Shown piece after piece: positions 28,143 to 37,582 of a stretch of DNA of 37,876 bases. The first letter of the stretch is position 1; every line of letters begins with the position of its first letter. The notes under the pieces were generated by a model, which was not told the DNA's origin, did no database searches, and saw nothing but the letters and a program-made list of their open reading frames with translations. The stretch comes from a virus (Duplodnaviria; Caudoviricetes): IMG/VR virus record IMGVR_UViG_3300048886_001340, positions 1-37,876 of that record; one strand, given 5' to 3'. The translations under genes were made by a program, and so were the position numbers.

Positions 28143-29012
28143 ATGGCCACAAATCACTATTTTAATCATCATGGAACAGATACTCCAGAACAAAGATTGA
28201 TCGAAAACCTAACGATTGAATCCATTAAAACTTTTGGGATTGATGTATATTATTTACCTAGAACGTTGAATGATGAAGATACGTTAATGGGTGAAGACAA
28301 TACTGCTTCCTATAATCGTGCTCATACTATTGAAATGTATATTAAGTCTGTAGATGGTTTTGAGGGTCAAGGAGATTTCATCTCTAAGTTTGGATTACAG
28401 ATAAATGATCAAATCACTTTTACTGTTGCTAAACGTAGATTTAGTGAACTAGGAATGACTACTGATGGTAGAGCAGATATGCCACATGAGGGGGATCTAA
28501 TTTTCTTCCCAATAACAGGCGCACTATTTCAAATACTGTTTGTGGAAGATGAGGCATTATTTTATCAAACTGGACAATTACAATCTTACGATATGTTGTG
28601 TGAGATGTTTACATATTCAGATCAAAACTTTAATACTGGAATTGAAACTATTGATGCAATTGAAAGATCACATGCCTATTCGATAGACTTCACAATGAAT
28701 ACAGGTAGTGGTAATTATACTGTTGGTGAACAAGTATATCAAGGAACATCATTCGCCGCCGCTACAGTTAAGGGTGAGGTTAAGAGTTGGAACGCAGCTG
28801 ATAAGCTCTTGGGACTTATGAATATGACCGGAAATTTTTCTGGAACTTCAAATATTATTGGTAATGATTCTAGTGCTTCATACTCTATTACTTCTTTTGA
28901 TGCTCAAGTCAATGCCGCAGATACCGCATCCGAAGCAGATAATGCAGAGATAGAAGCAGCCGCTGATGCTATTATTGATTTCACCGAAGGTAATCCATTC
29001 GGGAGTCTATAA
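28143..29012 (+). CDS. gp14: Neck protein gp14
   Basis: EQ.L...L..ESI...G.DVYYLPR, IEMY....DGF.G.GD..SKFG, P.EGDLI.FP, DF.E.NPFG. Confidence 0.93.
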   Translation: MATNHYFNHHGTDTPEQRLIENLTIESIKTFGIDVYYLPRTLNDEDTLMGEDNTASYNRAHTIEMYIKSVDGFEGQGDFISKFGLQINDQITFTVAKRRFSELGMTTDGRADMPHEGDLIFFPITGALFQILFVEDEALFYQTGQLQSYDMLCEMFTYSDQNFNTGIETIDAIERSHAYSIDFTMNTGSGNYTVGEQVYQGTSFAAATVKGEVKSWNAADKLLGLMNMTGNFSGTSNIIGNDSSASYSITSFDAQVNAADTASEADNAEIEAAADAIIDFTEGNPFGSL

Positions 29013-29959
29013 TGTTAGGTACTACTTATTATCACGAAACTATCAGAAAATACGTTGCCATATTTGGAACACTCTTCAATGATATAAACATTCAAAGAAG
29101 AAATTCAAGTGGGGTGATAACAGAACAGATTAAAGTTCCCATTACATATTCCAATAAAGACAAACTGTTGTTACACATTCGAAAAATGTCAACAACAGAT
29201 GCTAGTGTACAAACATCACTTCCAAGAATAGGGTTTGCTCTGACAGGAGTTACTTATGATGGTACTAGAAAGTTAAACACTCTAGGTCAAACCTATGCAG
29301 CAAATACGGCCGCAGGAACTAGTTCTCTTATGAAACAGTACAACCCTGTTCCATATAATTTTGATTTTGAACTTACCGCAGCAGTGGATAACTCAGAAGA
29401 TGGCGCACAGATCTTTGAACAAATCGTTCCTTTCTTCACGCCAGAGTTTACAGTTAGTGTGAGTTTAATTCCTGAGATGAATATCAAACCTGATATTAGT
29501 ATAATATTAAATGGTACTTCAATTGAAGATTCATACGAAGGTGATTTTACTGTGAGAAGGGAAATATTTTGGAATTTAACTTTTCAAATGAAGGGATATA
29601 TCTATCCAGATGTTAAATCTGGTTCGGTCACGAAGTCGGTGATAGTGAATCTCCGAATGCCAAGTGAGGAAGTTGAAATTCCAGAATATATTATTCTAGA
29701 AGATAGTACAGATTTTTCAACCAACTATTTACTTGTTGATGCAGATGCGGGTTCTCCAAATGCAACGGGAGAAATGAAATTTATAACTGAAACTAGTTCT
29801 ACAGCTTCAGGTGCAGCGGGAATTAAAACACGATTAACAGTAACACCGGGGCCGGGAGATGTAACAGCTAATGATGATTTTGGTTATACAGAAACTTTTG
29901 AATATTTTAATGATAATATTGATACGAATTTGACAACCGGATTAGATGTAAATCTGTAG
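29012..29959 (+). CDS. gp15: Tail sheath stabilizer / tail terminator gp15
   Basis: YHETIRK....FGTLFNDI, KVPI.Y, LPR..F, RKL, PVPYN..FEL, QI.EQI.PFF.P. Confidence 0.93.
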   Translation: MLGTTYYHETIRKYVAIFGTLFNDINIQRRNSSGVITEQIKVPITYSNKDKLLLHIRKMSTTDASVQTSLPRIGFALTGVTYDGTRKLNTLGQTYAANTAAGTSSLMKQYNPVPYNFDFELTAAVDNSEDGAQIFEQIVPFFTPEFTVSVSLIPEMNIKPDISIILNGTSIEDSYEGDFTVRREIFWNLTFQMKGYIYPDVKSGSVTKSVIVNLRMPSEEVEIPEYIILEDSTDFSTNYLLVDADAGSPNATGEMKFITETSSTASGAAGIKTRLTVTPGPGDVTANDDFGYTETFEYFNDNIDTNLTTGLDVNL

Positions 29960-29963
29960 AATA

Positions 29964-30428
29964 ATGTTGTTTCGGTTTCTTTTAGTAATTTTAATTTTTG
30001 GAACCGTAACTTCCAGTTTCGCCGCCAGACTTGTTCCAAATGACAAAAGTGTATCAATTCAAGATGTGGTCTACGTGAATGATGATGGGATTAAAGAGGC
30101 TCGATCACAGCTGTACTGGCGCATACGATATAGAACAGAAGATATCTTATTGTTGTTTAAGTCTTGTTATGAAACCATTTCTTTTCTAGGCACTACAAAA
30201 TATAAAAGAAAAAAACATAAATTAACTGAAGAAGAAGTATCTAAACAATGTTTTTGTATATGTGATAAGGTTAGGGAAAAACATGACCCTAAAAAGTTTT
30301 TAGTGAAATCACCTTTAGAAATACATAATATTATTGCTCCCCTAGCTAAAGAATGTTTAAAAGAAAATGAACAGTCTTGGTATGATGATGTAGAACCTGA
30401 TAAGGAGAAGAAAGATGACAGTAGATGA
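29964..30428 (+). CDS. Hypothetical exported protein with signal peptide and Cys motif
   Basis: MLFRFLLVILIFGTVTSSFA resembles a Sec signal (S-F-A cleavage site). Contains CFCICD and two further Cys. Confidence 0.6.
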   Translation: MLFRFLLVILIFGTVTSSFAARLVPNDKSVSIQDVVYVNDDGIKEARSQLYWRIRYRTEDILLLFKSCYETISFLGTTKYKRKKHKLTEEEVSKQCFCICDKVREKHDPKKFLVKSPLEIHNIIAPLAKECLKENEQSWYDDVEPDKEKKDDSR

Positions 30429-30822
30429 TCGTATAGATGAAATTTTAGAAATTACAAGTTTAGTTCCTACTCCAGAAATGGCGCCCGAGCCTCCTGCAAG
30501 GATTATACCAAAGACAGGTAAAGATGATGATATTGATTATAATTATGCCCGTGAAAATTACTACAATCTAATCGAAAGAAATCAAGACGCAGTAGAAGAA
30601 ATGTTGGAGATTGCTAAACAATCTGAGCATCCTCGTGCTTTTGAGGTGGTCGGACAGTTAATCAAATCTGGCTTGGATGCCAACAAAGAGTTAATGACTC
30701 TACATAAAACCAAAAAAGAACTAAGTATACAGAAGGGTGGTGATGGTGTTTCTGTTAATAACGCTGTCTTTGTAGGATCTACCGCAGAATTACAAAAACT
30801 TTTAAAGGCAAAACGTGGCTAG
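30415..30822 (+). CDS. gp16: Terminase small subunit gp16
   Basis: DY.YARENYY.LI, A..SEHPRAFEV, NNAVFVGSTAELQKLL. Confidence 0.93.
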   Translation: MTVDDRIDEILEITSLVPTPEMAPEPPARIIPKTGKDDDIDYNYARENYYNLIERNQDAVEEMLEIAKQSEHPRAFEVVGQLIKSGLDANKELMTLHKTKKELSIQKGGDGVSVNNAVFVGSTAELQKLLKAKRG

Positions 30823-32446
30823 TGAAACGTATTTAGGAAATCCAAATCTTAAAAATGTAGGACAAAAAATAGAGTGGACGGAAGAATCTCTTACTGAATA
30901 CATGAAATGTAAAGAGAATCCTGAATACTTTATAGAGAATTTTGTCAAAATTATTCATGTAGATAAAGGGCTCGTACCATTTAATATGTACCCATATCAG
31001 AAAGACATGATTCAGAAATTCAATGATAATCGTTTTGTGATCTGTAAAATGCCTAGACAGACAGGCAAATCTACTACTATTATATCCTTTCTACTACATT
31101 ACATTCTGTTTAACGAAAGTGTTAATGTTGCTATTCTCGCCAACAAAGGAGCGGTAGCAAGAGAACTTCTTTCAAGATTACAACTTGCCTATGAACATTT
31201 ACCCAAATGGTTACAGCAAGGTGCGGTTATATGGAACAAAGGAAACATTGAAGTAGAGAATGGATCTAAGGTTATTGCGGCCGCAACTTCTTCTAGTGCA
31301 GTTCGTGGTAGTTCCTTTAACATTATTTTCCTTGATGAGTTTGCTCACGTTCCCCAAAACATTGCCGAGTCTTTTTTCACTTCAGTTTATCCTACTATTT
31401 CCTCTGGTGAATCCACAAAAGTTTTCATAGTATCAACTCCACTTGGATTGAATATGTTCTATAAGATGTGGATAGAAGCAGAAGAAGGAAGAAGTGATTA
31501 TATTCCAATAGAGGTTCATTGGAGTGAAGTTCCTGGTCGTGATGGGAAGTGGAAAGAAGAGACAATACGAAATACCTCTGAGGTACAGTTTACACAAGAG
31601 TTTGAATGTGAGTTTGTAGGATCAACATACACGTTGATTGCTCCATCGAAACTTAGAACAATGGTATTTAAAACTCCAATACATGAAAGTAATAATCTTC
31701 TTGTATATGAACAACCTATTAAAAATCATACATACGCATTAGTCGCAGATACCGCTCAAGGTAAGGGGGTGGATTATTCAGCATTTAACATATTCGATGT
31801 CTCACAAATGCCATATAAACAAGTCGCAATGTATAGGGATAATCAAATTTCTCCCATGTTATACCCAAATGTGATCTATAATGTAGGTCAAAAATACAAT
31901 ATGGCTCATGTACTTGTTGAAGTAAACGATATCGGATCTCAAGTTGCTGATACTCTACACTATGATTTAGAGTACGAAAACATCATGATCATTACCATGA
32001 GGGGTAGAGCCGGACAACAAATCGGTGGTGGATTCGCAAAGAACATCCAATTGGGATTAAGGACAAGTAAACAGATCAAGAGAATAGGATGTGCAACTCT
32101 CAAAGATCTGATAGAACAAGAACAATTGATCATATCTGATTTTGAAACTATTAAGGAACTAACAACCTTTGCTTTGACAAACAATACGTATCAAGCAGAG
32201 GAGGGAGCACATGATGATCTAGCAATGACATTGGTAATCTTTGGGTGGTTAGTCCAACAGAGATATTTTAAGGAGATGACAAATATGGATATACGAAAGA
32301 AAATGTGGGAAGAACAAATGGAAACGCTAGAACAAGATATGCTACCATTTGGAATTATAGATGATGGACAAGAACCAGAATCTTTTAAAGATGAAGGTGG
32401 TACAGTATGGACAGTTGATGATGAATCTAGGAGGCTTTATCACTAA
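30815..32446 (+). CDS. gp17: Terminase large subunit gp17
   Basis: YLGNPNLK, Walker A PRQTGKST, Walker B IIFLDEFA, F.QEFECEF, nuclease DYSAF and HDDLAM. Confidence 0.97.
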   Translation: MASETYLGNPNLKNVGQKIEWTEESLTEYMKCKENPEYFIENFVKIIHVDKGLVPFNMYPYQKDMIQKFNDNRFVICKMPRQTGKSTTIISFLLHYILFNESVNVAILANKGAVARELLSRLQLAYEHLPKWLQQGAVIWNKGNIEVENGSKVIAAATSSSAVRGSSFNIIFLDEFAHVPQNIAESFFTSVYPTISSGESTKVFIVSTPLGLNMFYKMWIEAEEGRSDYIPIEVHWSEVPGRDGKWKEETIRNTSEVQFTQEFECEFVGSTYTLIAPSKLRTMVFKTPIHESNNLLVYEQPIKNHTYALVADTAQGKGVDYSAFNIFDVSQMPYKQVAMYRDNQISPMLYPNVIYNVGQKYNMAHVLVEVNDIGSQVADTLHYDLEYENIMIITMRGRAGQQIGGGFAKNIQLGLRTSKQIKRIGCATLKDLIEQEQLIISDFETIKELTTFALTNNTYQAEEGAHDDLAMTLVIFGWLVQQRYFKEMTNMDIRKKMWEEQMETLEQDMLPFGIIDDGQEPESFKDEGGTVWTVDDESRRLYH

Positions 32447-32927
32447 ATGGATCTATATCTGCAAAGTTAACTTCAGTAGGTGGATTGTTTATTTCTGTTA
32501 TTAAATCTTCAATTTTACTAGTTAAATCAGGCCGTTCCTTTTTTAATCTGTTTAAAAAACTCAGAGAACCCGTAACTAATTGATCTGGATGGATAGTTAA
32601 TCTTTTTCCTATCTTTCTTTTATTGGATACTTCAAGGTGTTTGGGATTTACACAGGATGGATTGAAGCAAGTTTGAGTTACTACTTCATTAGATCCTAAT
32701 TCTCCTCGCAATCCAGAGATTGATGAGAAGTTTCCATACATCATAAAGGCGTATCTACTCGCAGGTATAGTTTGACCCATTACAGAAAACATTCCATGAC
32801 CTGTTTTATTTTTTGACGCGAGCCAGATATGGCATTCTGTATGTTTTTCTGAACGATCAACTTTTTTAAGAAATCGTTCTTTATCTTTTTTACAGTCTAT
32901 TAATTTATAAGCTTCTTTGTAATTCAT
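32427..32927 (-). CDS. HNH / His-Cys zinc-loop endonuclease-like protein, apparently degenerate
   Basis: RF..KV......C..W......G.G.F, A.R.A, C.NP.CVNP.HL. AAGGA RBS on the minus strand. Confidence 0.75.
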   Translation of the reverse strand: MNYKEAYKLIDCKKDKERFLKKVDRSEKHTECHIWLASKNKTGHGMFSVMGQTIPASRYAFMMYGNFSSISGLRGELGSNEVVTQTCFNPSCVNPKHLEVSNKRKIGKRLTIHPDQLVTGSLSFLNRLKKERPDLTSKIEDLITEINNPPTEVNFADIDPFSDKAS

Positions 32928-32958
32928 ATTTCCTTTATAAATTTATGATAACACTTAA

Positions 32959-32966
32959 TATTTATG
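32959..32966 (-). promoter_or_regulatory. Late promoter variant CATAAATA for the HNH-like gene
   Basis: The plus strand reads TATTTATG about 30 nt upstream of the minus-strand start. Confidence 0.5.
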
Positions 32967-32986
32967 ATTTTAGAGAATTGTAAAAT

Positions 32987-32994
32987 AATAAATA
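32987..32994 (+). promoter_or_regulatory. Late promoter variant AATAAATA for gp18
   Basis: NATAAATA in the intergenic gap upstream of the sheath gene. Confidence 0.6.
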
Positions 32995-33071
32995 ACTGTA
33001 ATATGGTATAATAAAATCCATAATTTACACTAAACCATGTCTTTCAAACTCATTATTATAGGAGAGATAAG

Positions 33072-35261
33072 ATGCCTTTTACAATTAGTCCAGGCGTTGT
33101 AACCAAAGAGATAGATTTAACTACTGTAGTTCCTGAAATTTCTATGACAGAGGGAGCAATCGCCGGTCCTTTTAGGTGGGGACCAGCATACGTTAGTACT
33201 ACAGTATCTAATGAATCAGAATTAGCTAGTCGATTTGGTAAGCCAGACGCAGCTACATATAAAACATATTTCACTGCTGCAAGTTATCTCGCATATTCAG
33301 GTAATCTTAAAGTGGTACGTACACCTAATACTTCAGATACAAAGAACGCGACAATGGATTCAGCTAATGCAGTCTATGTTGCAAATGATGAAACTTACGA
33401 AAATACTTATGACCCAGATATGGGTGGAACACAGTCTGATGACTTTGGAGCATTCATAGCAAAATATACTGGTGATCTAGGAAATAGTTTAAGAGTTTCC
33501 ATGTGTGGAGCTACAAGAGCAAACACAAATAGTGATGGAACACTTAACAGTAATACAGATGTTTCACCTACTTGTACTTCTGCAGTAGTGAGCAGTACTA
33601 CTCTTACTGGCGTAGGTACAACTTTTTCGAATGATGTCGCCGTAGGTGATGTTCTCTTTTTCGATTCTAAATATTGTGTAGTTACTACTGTTACATCCAA
33701 TACAGCTTGTGTTGTAGTAGCTGGTGCAAATATGGCCAATACTGGAGCCTATACTGTGAGAAAAAGATCAGCATTTGGTCAACCAGCATCAGACATGATT
33801 GGAACTTGTGCAGCTTCAGCTAATGGAACTACAATAACTGGAACAGTTACAGCATTTGATACTCAATATACTGTAGGTGATCTTGTTAAAATGGTTGGAA
33901 CAGGAGAAGAACGTAAAGTTTCAGCTATAGCAAATTCAACCTCAATGACAGTATCAGAACCATTTTCACTCGCAGCAGCAGCAAACACTCACTCAAGAAG
34001 GTGGGAATATGCAGACGCATTCGATACTGAACCTGTTACTTCAGCATATTGTAAGAGGAATAGTGGAAACTATGATGAAATTCACATTGCAGTCGTAGAT
34101 GAAGATGGAGAATTCACGGGAGCAAACAATACTGTAGTGGAAACATATACAGGATCAGTTGCCGGAGGAGCTAAAGGAGAAGATGGTCAGAGTATCTATT
34201 ACAAAGACCTAGTTAACAGAGGTTCGGCGTATATTCGTTGGATGGATCATGATGTAGCTGGTGATGCAGATACATTACTTGGTGGAGGAACAACCGCTTG
34301 GGGTGGTGCCGCATCCGGAACATTTAACGGTAAAGGAATTATCATATCCGCAAGTATGACCGGTGGTGTCGCAGGAACTGCTTCAACAGATGGAAATATT
34401 CAGACTGGACTTGATTTATTCAAAAACGCAGAACAAATAGATGTAACACTTCTAATGACAGCTGACGCAAGTGCAGCTACGGCTATTCACGCAATTAATA
34501 ACATTGCAGAATATCGTAAAGATTGTGTAGCATTTATTTCACCCACACAAGCAAGTGTCGTTAATAACTCAGGAAGCGAAGTTGATGATGTTGTATCATT
34601 CCGTAATTCAATGCCAAGTTCTTCTTATGCAATGTTGGACTCTGGATGGAAATATATGTACGATAAGTACAATGATGTTTATCGATATGTTCCATTGAAT
34701 GGTGATATTGCTGGATGTTGTGCCTTCACAGACTCAGCACGAGATCCTTTCTGGTCACCGGCCGGATTGGATAGAGGTAATATCAAAAATGCTATTAAAC
34801 TTCCTTTTAATCCAAATAAGACACAAAGGGACGATCTCTATAAAAATGGTATTAATCCTGTTACAGCAATGCCAGGAAGTGGAATACTTCTTTTTGGAGA
34901 TAAAACTCTATTAGCAAAATCTTCAGCGTTTGATCGTATCAACGTAAGACGCCTGTTCATTTTACTAGAAAAGTCTATAGCAAAAATGGCTAACTCATTC
35001 TTGTTCGAATTCAACGATGCATTTACACGTTCAAGATTCGTGGCAACAGTTGAACCTTTCTTGAGAGATATTCAAGGTAGAGGGGGAGTACAAGACTATG
35101 CGGTTATATGTGATGAAAGTAACAATCCTGGAGATGTAATAGATCGAAACGAATTTCGTGGAGATGTTTACATTAAACCATCACGTTCTATCAACTTTAT
35201 TCAACTACAATTCGTTGCAGTTCGAAGTGGGGTAGAATTTGAAGAAATTATTGGTGGATAA
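33072..35261 (+). CDS. gp18: Tail sheath protein gp18
   Basis: SPGV..KEIDLT, G.F.WGP, YDKYND.YR..PLNGD.AG, W.SPAG..RG, SAFDRINVRRLF, IKP.RSINFI.L.F. Confidence 0.97.
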   Translation: MPFTISPGVVTKEIDLTTVVPEISMTEGAIAGPFRWGPAYVSTTVSNESELASRFGKPDAATYKTYFTAASYLAYSGNLKVVRTPNTSDTKNATMDSANAVYVANDETYENTYDPDMGGTQSDDFGAFIAKYTGDLGNSLRVSMCGATRANTNSDGTLNSNTDVSPTCTSAVVSSTTLTGVGTTFSNDVAVGDVLFFDSKYCVVTTVTSNTACVVVAGANMANTGAYTVRKRSAFGQPASDMIGTCAASANGTTITGTVTAFDTQYTVGDLVKMVGTGEERKVSAIANSTSMTVSEPFSLAAAANTHSRRWEYADAFDTEPVTSAYCKRNSGNYDEIHIAVVDEDGEFTGANNTVVETYTGSVAGGAKGEDGQSIYYKDLVNRGSAYIRWMDHDVAGDADTLLGGGTTAWGGAASGTFNGKGIIISASMTGGVAGTASTDGNIQTGLDLFKNAEQIDVTLLMTADASAATAIHAINNIAEYRKDCVAFISPTQASVVNNSGSEVDDVVSFRNSMPSSSYAMLDSGWKYMYDKYNDVYRYVPLNGDIAGCCAFTDSARDPFWSPAGLDRGNIKNAIKLPFNPNKTQRDDLYKNGINPVTAMPGSGILLFGDKTLLAKSSAFDRINVRRLFILLEKSIAKMANSFLFEFNDAFTRSRFVATVEPFLRDIQGRGGVQDYAVICDESNNPGDVIDRNEFRGDVYIKPSRSINFIQLQFVAVRSGVEFEEIIGG

Positions 35262-35263
35262 CT

Positions 35264-35285
35264 GATAAATAGTAGAGTATAAATA
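35264..35285 (+). promoter_or_regulatory. Tandem late promoters GATAAATA (35264-35271) and TATAAATA (35278-35285)
   Basis: Intergenic, upstream of gp19. Confidence 0.8.
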
Positions 35286-35294
35286 TAACAGACA

Positions 35295-35350
35295 GATGGG
35301 GGAAGACGATGATTCCTGAAGGGGGTACTTGTAAAAAAGACTTCCCCATC
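35295..35350 (+). promoter_or_regulatory. Stem-loop in the gp19 5' leader
   Basis: GATGGGGGAAG (35295-35305) pairs with CTTCCCCATC (35341-35350), with one bulged G. Confidence 0.6.
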
Positions 35351-35381
35351 ACATCTTAACTTTTAATCATCGGAGAAATAA

Positions 35382-35936
35382 ATGGCTAGCAGTTTTAAAA
35401 TAGACAGTTTTACATCAAAATTAAAAGCAGGTGGAGCATTAGGGAGTTTATTCGAATGTGAACTTACTAAGAATCAGGGTGGTGCCGCAGGATTTCAGGC
35501 ACAAGATTTCAAATTCTTATGTAAAGGAGCAACTTTTCCAGCGTCAACTATAGAGGCCGGTACAATTACATATATGGGAAGATCAATAAACATCCCAGGT
35601 AACAGAGCCGCAGGACAGTTGACAACTTCTATCTACAATGATGAGGGAATGGAAATTCGAAATATGTTAGAAGATTGGATGGAGAAACTTAATTCACATT
35701 CATCTAACGTAAGATCTACAGGATTTTCACAGATTAATAGTTATACTGGCGAAATTAAGCTTAAGCAACTTGCAAAAGAAGGCGTAAAGATCACCAAGAG
35801 TTATCAATTCATGGATGTTTGGCCTTCTTCTTCAGGAGACATAGCTGTATCGTGGGACTCAAACGACATTCAGACTTACGATGTAACATGGGAATATAGC
35901 TATTGGAGATCTTCTCAAAGTAACGTTGGATTTTAA
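35382..35936 (+). CDS. gp19: Tail tube protein gp19
   Basis: FLCK.A..P...I, YMGR.I..PG.R, T.YND....IR...E.W, VWP, F/YDVTW.Y.YW. Located between gp18 and gp20. Confidence 0.92.
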   Translation: MASSFKIDSFTSKLKAGGALGSLFECELTKNQGGAAGFQAQDFKFLCKGATFPASTIEAGTITYMGRSINIPGNRAAGQLTTSIYNDEGMEIRNMLEDWMEKLNSHSSNVRSTGFSQINSYTGEIKLKQLAKEGVKITKSYQFMDVWPSSSGDIAVSWDSNDIQTYDVTWEYSYWRSSQSNVGF

Positions 35937-35964
35937 TTGATATATAATGAAAGAAGAAATTTAC

Positions 35965-35990
35965 ATGGGAGCCTTAATCCGCTCCCATTT
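35965..35990 (+). terminator. Hairpin after gp19 (possible weak terminator or RNA processing site)
   Basis: ATGGGAGC-cttaatcc-GCTCCCAT, a perfect 8-bp stem with only a short T run after it. Confidence 0.5.
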
Positions 35991-36009
35991 CACCTATTAG
36001 GAAGAATGT

Positions 36010-37578
36010 ATGGCAGTTGAATTATTTGGATTTTCTATAGGAAGAGTTGACAAGGACGAAAAAAGAAAGCAATCTTTTGCACTTCCAGAACCAGAAGATG
36101 GTGCACTTGAAGTTGGCCCCGCAGGTGGTGCATACGGAACGTATGTAGATCTTGAGGGTCATGCCAAAACTGAAATAGAATTGATTAAAAAATATAGGGA
36201 AATGGCAACATATCCCGAATGTGATCAAGCAATTGATGATGTTGTTAATGAGGCCGTTGTTACGAATAGGGAAAGTTCCCCTGTCAGCATTAACCTAGAA
36301 AAATCAAAGCTATCACCACAGATTAAAGAAAGTATAAAATCTGAGTTCCAAGAACTTGTTCGGTTACTTGATTTCCGAAAAGTTGGCTACGAAATGTTCC
36401 GTAAATGGTACGTTGATGGTAGACTATACTTTCATATTATCATAGATACCAAAAACCCCAAACGTGGTATACTAGAACTACGCCCAATAGATCCCCTAAA
36501 AATAAAAAAGGTTAGACAACCTAAAATTGTTGATGGTCCTCAAGGAAAAGAATTTGATACTTCCGGCTATCAAGAATTTTATATGTTTAATGAAAGAGGT
36601 ATTTCTGATGGTGGAGGTGGTGGTCAAACAATTCAAATAGCAGCTGATTCCATTTCTTATGCACATTCTGGAGTACTAAATCCCGATAGAAAATTAGTTT
36701 TAGGTCATCTGCACAAAGCAATCAAACCACTTAATCAGTTACGAATGATCGAAGATGCGGTTGTCATCTATCGTATCTCACGTGCTCCTGAACGTAGAAT
36801 TTTCTACATTGATGTTGGTAACTTACCTAAGATCAAAGCAGAACAGTATCTACGTGACATCATGAACAAATACAAGAACAAATTGGTATACGATTCCAAT
36901 TCTGGTGAGATTAAAGATGAACGTAAGCACATGAGTATGTTAGAGGATTACTGGCTTCCACGTAGAGAAGGTGGTAGAGGAACAGAAATTTCAACGTTGC
37001 CGGGAGGGGAGAATCTTGGTGAGTTGGCTGATGTTGAGTACTTCAAGACAAAATTATACAAAGCACTTAATGTTCCCCCTTCCCGATTAGAACAAGACTC
37101 AGGTTTTATACTAGGAAGAGCAGAAGAGATTTCAAGAGATGAAGTAAAATTTACTCGTTTCATTGAACGATTACGTGCAAGATTCAATATTTTATTCAAT
37201 GATCTCATAGAGAAACAATTATTACTCAGGGGTATTGTTTCATCTACAGATTGGAATATTGTACGAGATAGTATCATATATGAGTGGGAAACCGATTCAC
37301 ATTTTGCGGAACTACAACAAGCAACAATGATGAGAGAACGGCTAGGTACGTTAGTAAATGATATGGGATATAGAGATGAAGTTGTTGGTAAATATTTCTC
37401 TCAAGAATATGTCAGAAAAAATATTCTCAAGTTGACTCAAGAAGAAATTGATGATATGAAAGAACAGATCGAAAAAGAAAAAGCTGAAGCCGCGGAGGCA
37501 GGTGGTGGTGAAGAACAACAAAATTGGGAATTTGATCCAGCCGCTAATAAGCCTGATCTGAAAGTAATAACTAACTAA
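36010..37578 (+). CDS. gp20: Portal protein gp20
   Basis: ELFGFSI, LHKAIKPLNQLRMIEDAVVIYRISRAPERRIFYIDVGNLPK.KAEQY, MLEDYWLPRREGGRGTEI.TLPGG. Confidence 0.98.
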   Translation: MAVELFGFSIGRVDKDEKRKQSFALPEPEDGALEVGPAGGAYGTYVDLEGHAKTEIELIKKYREMATYPECDQAIDDVVNEAVVTNRESSPVSINLEKSKLSPQIKESIKSEFQELVRLLDFRKVGYEMFRKWYVDGRLYFHIIIDTKNPKRGILELRPIDPLKIKKVRQPKIVDGPQGKEFDTSGYQEFYMFNERGISDGGGGGQTIQIAADSISYAHSGVLNPDRKLVLGHLHKAIKPLNQLRMIEDAVVIYRISRAPERRIFYIDVGNLPKIKAEQYLRDIMNKYKNKLVYDSNSGEIKDERKHMSMLEDYWLPRREGGRGTEISTLPGGENLGELADVEYFKTKLYKALNVPPSRLEQDSGFILGRAEEISRDEVKFTRFIERLRARFNILFNDLIEKQLLLRGIVSSTDWNIVRDSIIYEWETDSHFAELQQATMMRERLGTLVNDMGYRDEVVGKYFSQEYVRKNILKLTQEEIDDMKEQIEKEKAEAAEAGGGEEQQNWEFDPAANKPDLKVITN

Positions 37579-37582
37579 AATT

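Noticed and set aside
30815-32446. Intein or intron in the terminase
   Set aside because: The ORF is continuous, of ordinary length, and its motifs are normally spaced.
242-37277. Numerous short alternative-frame and antisense ORFs in the ORF track (e.g. 14052-14489, 15934-16302, 33407-33739, 36948-37277)
   Set aside because: They lie inside well-supported genes, mirror their codon bias and show no recognisable motifs.
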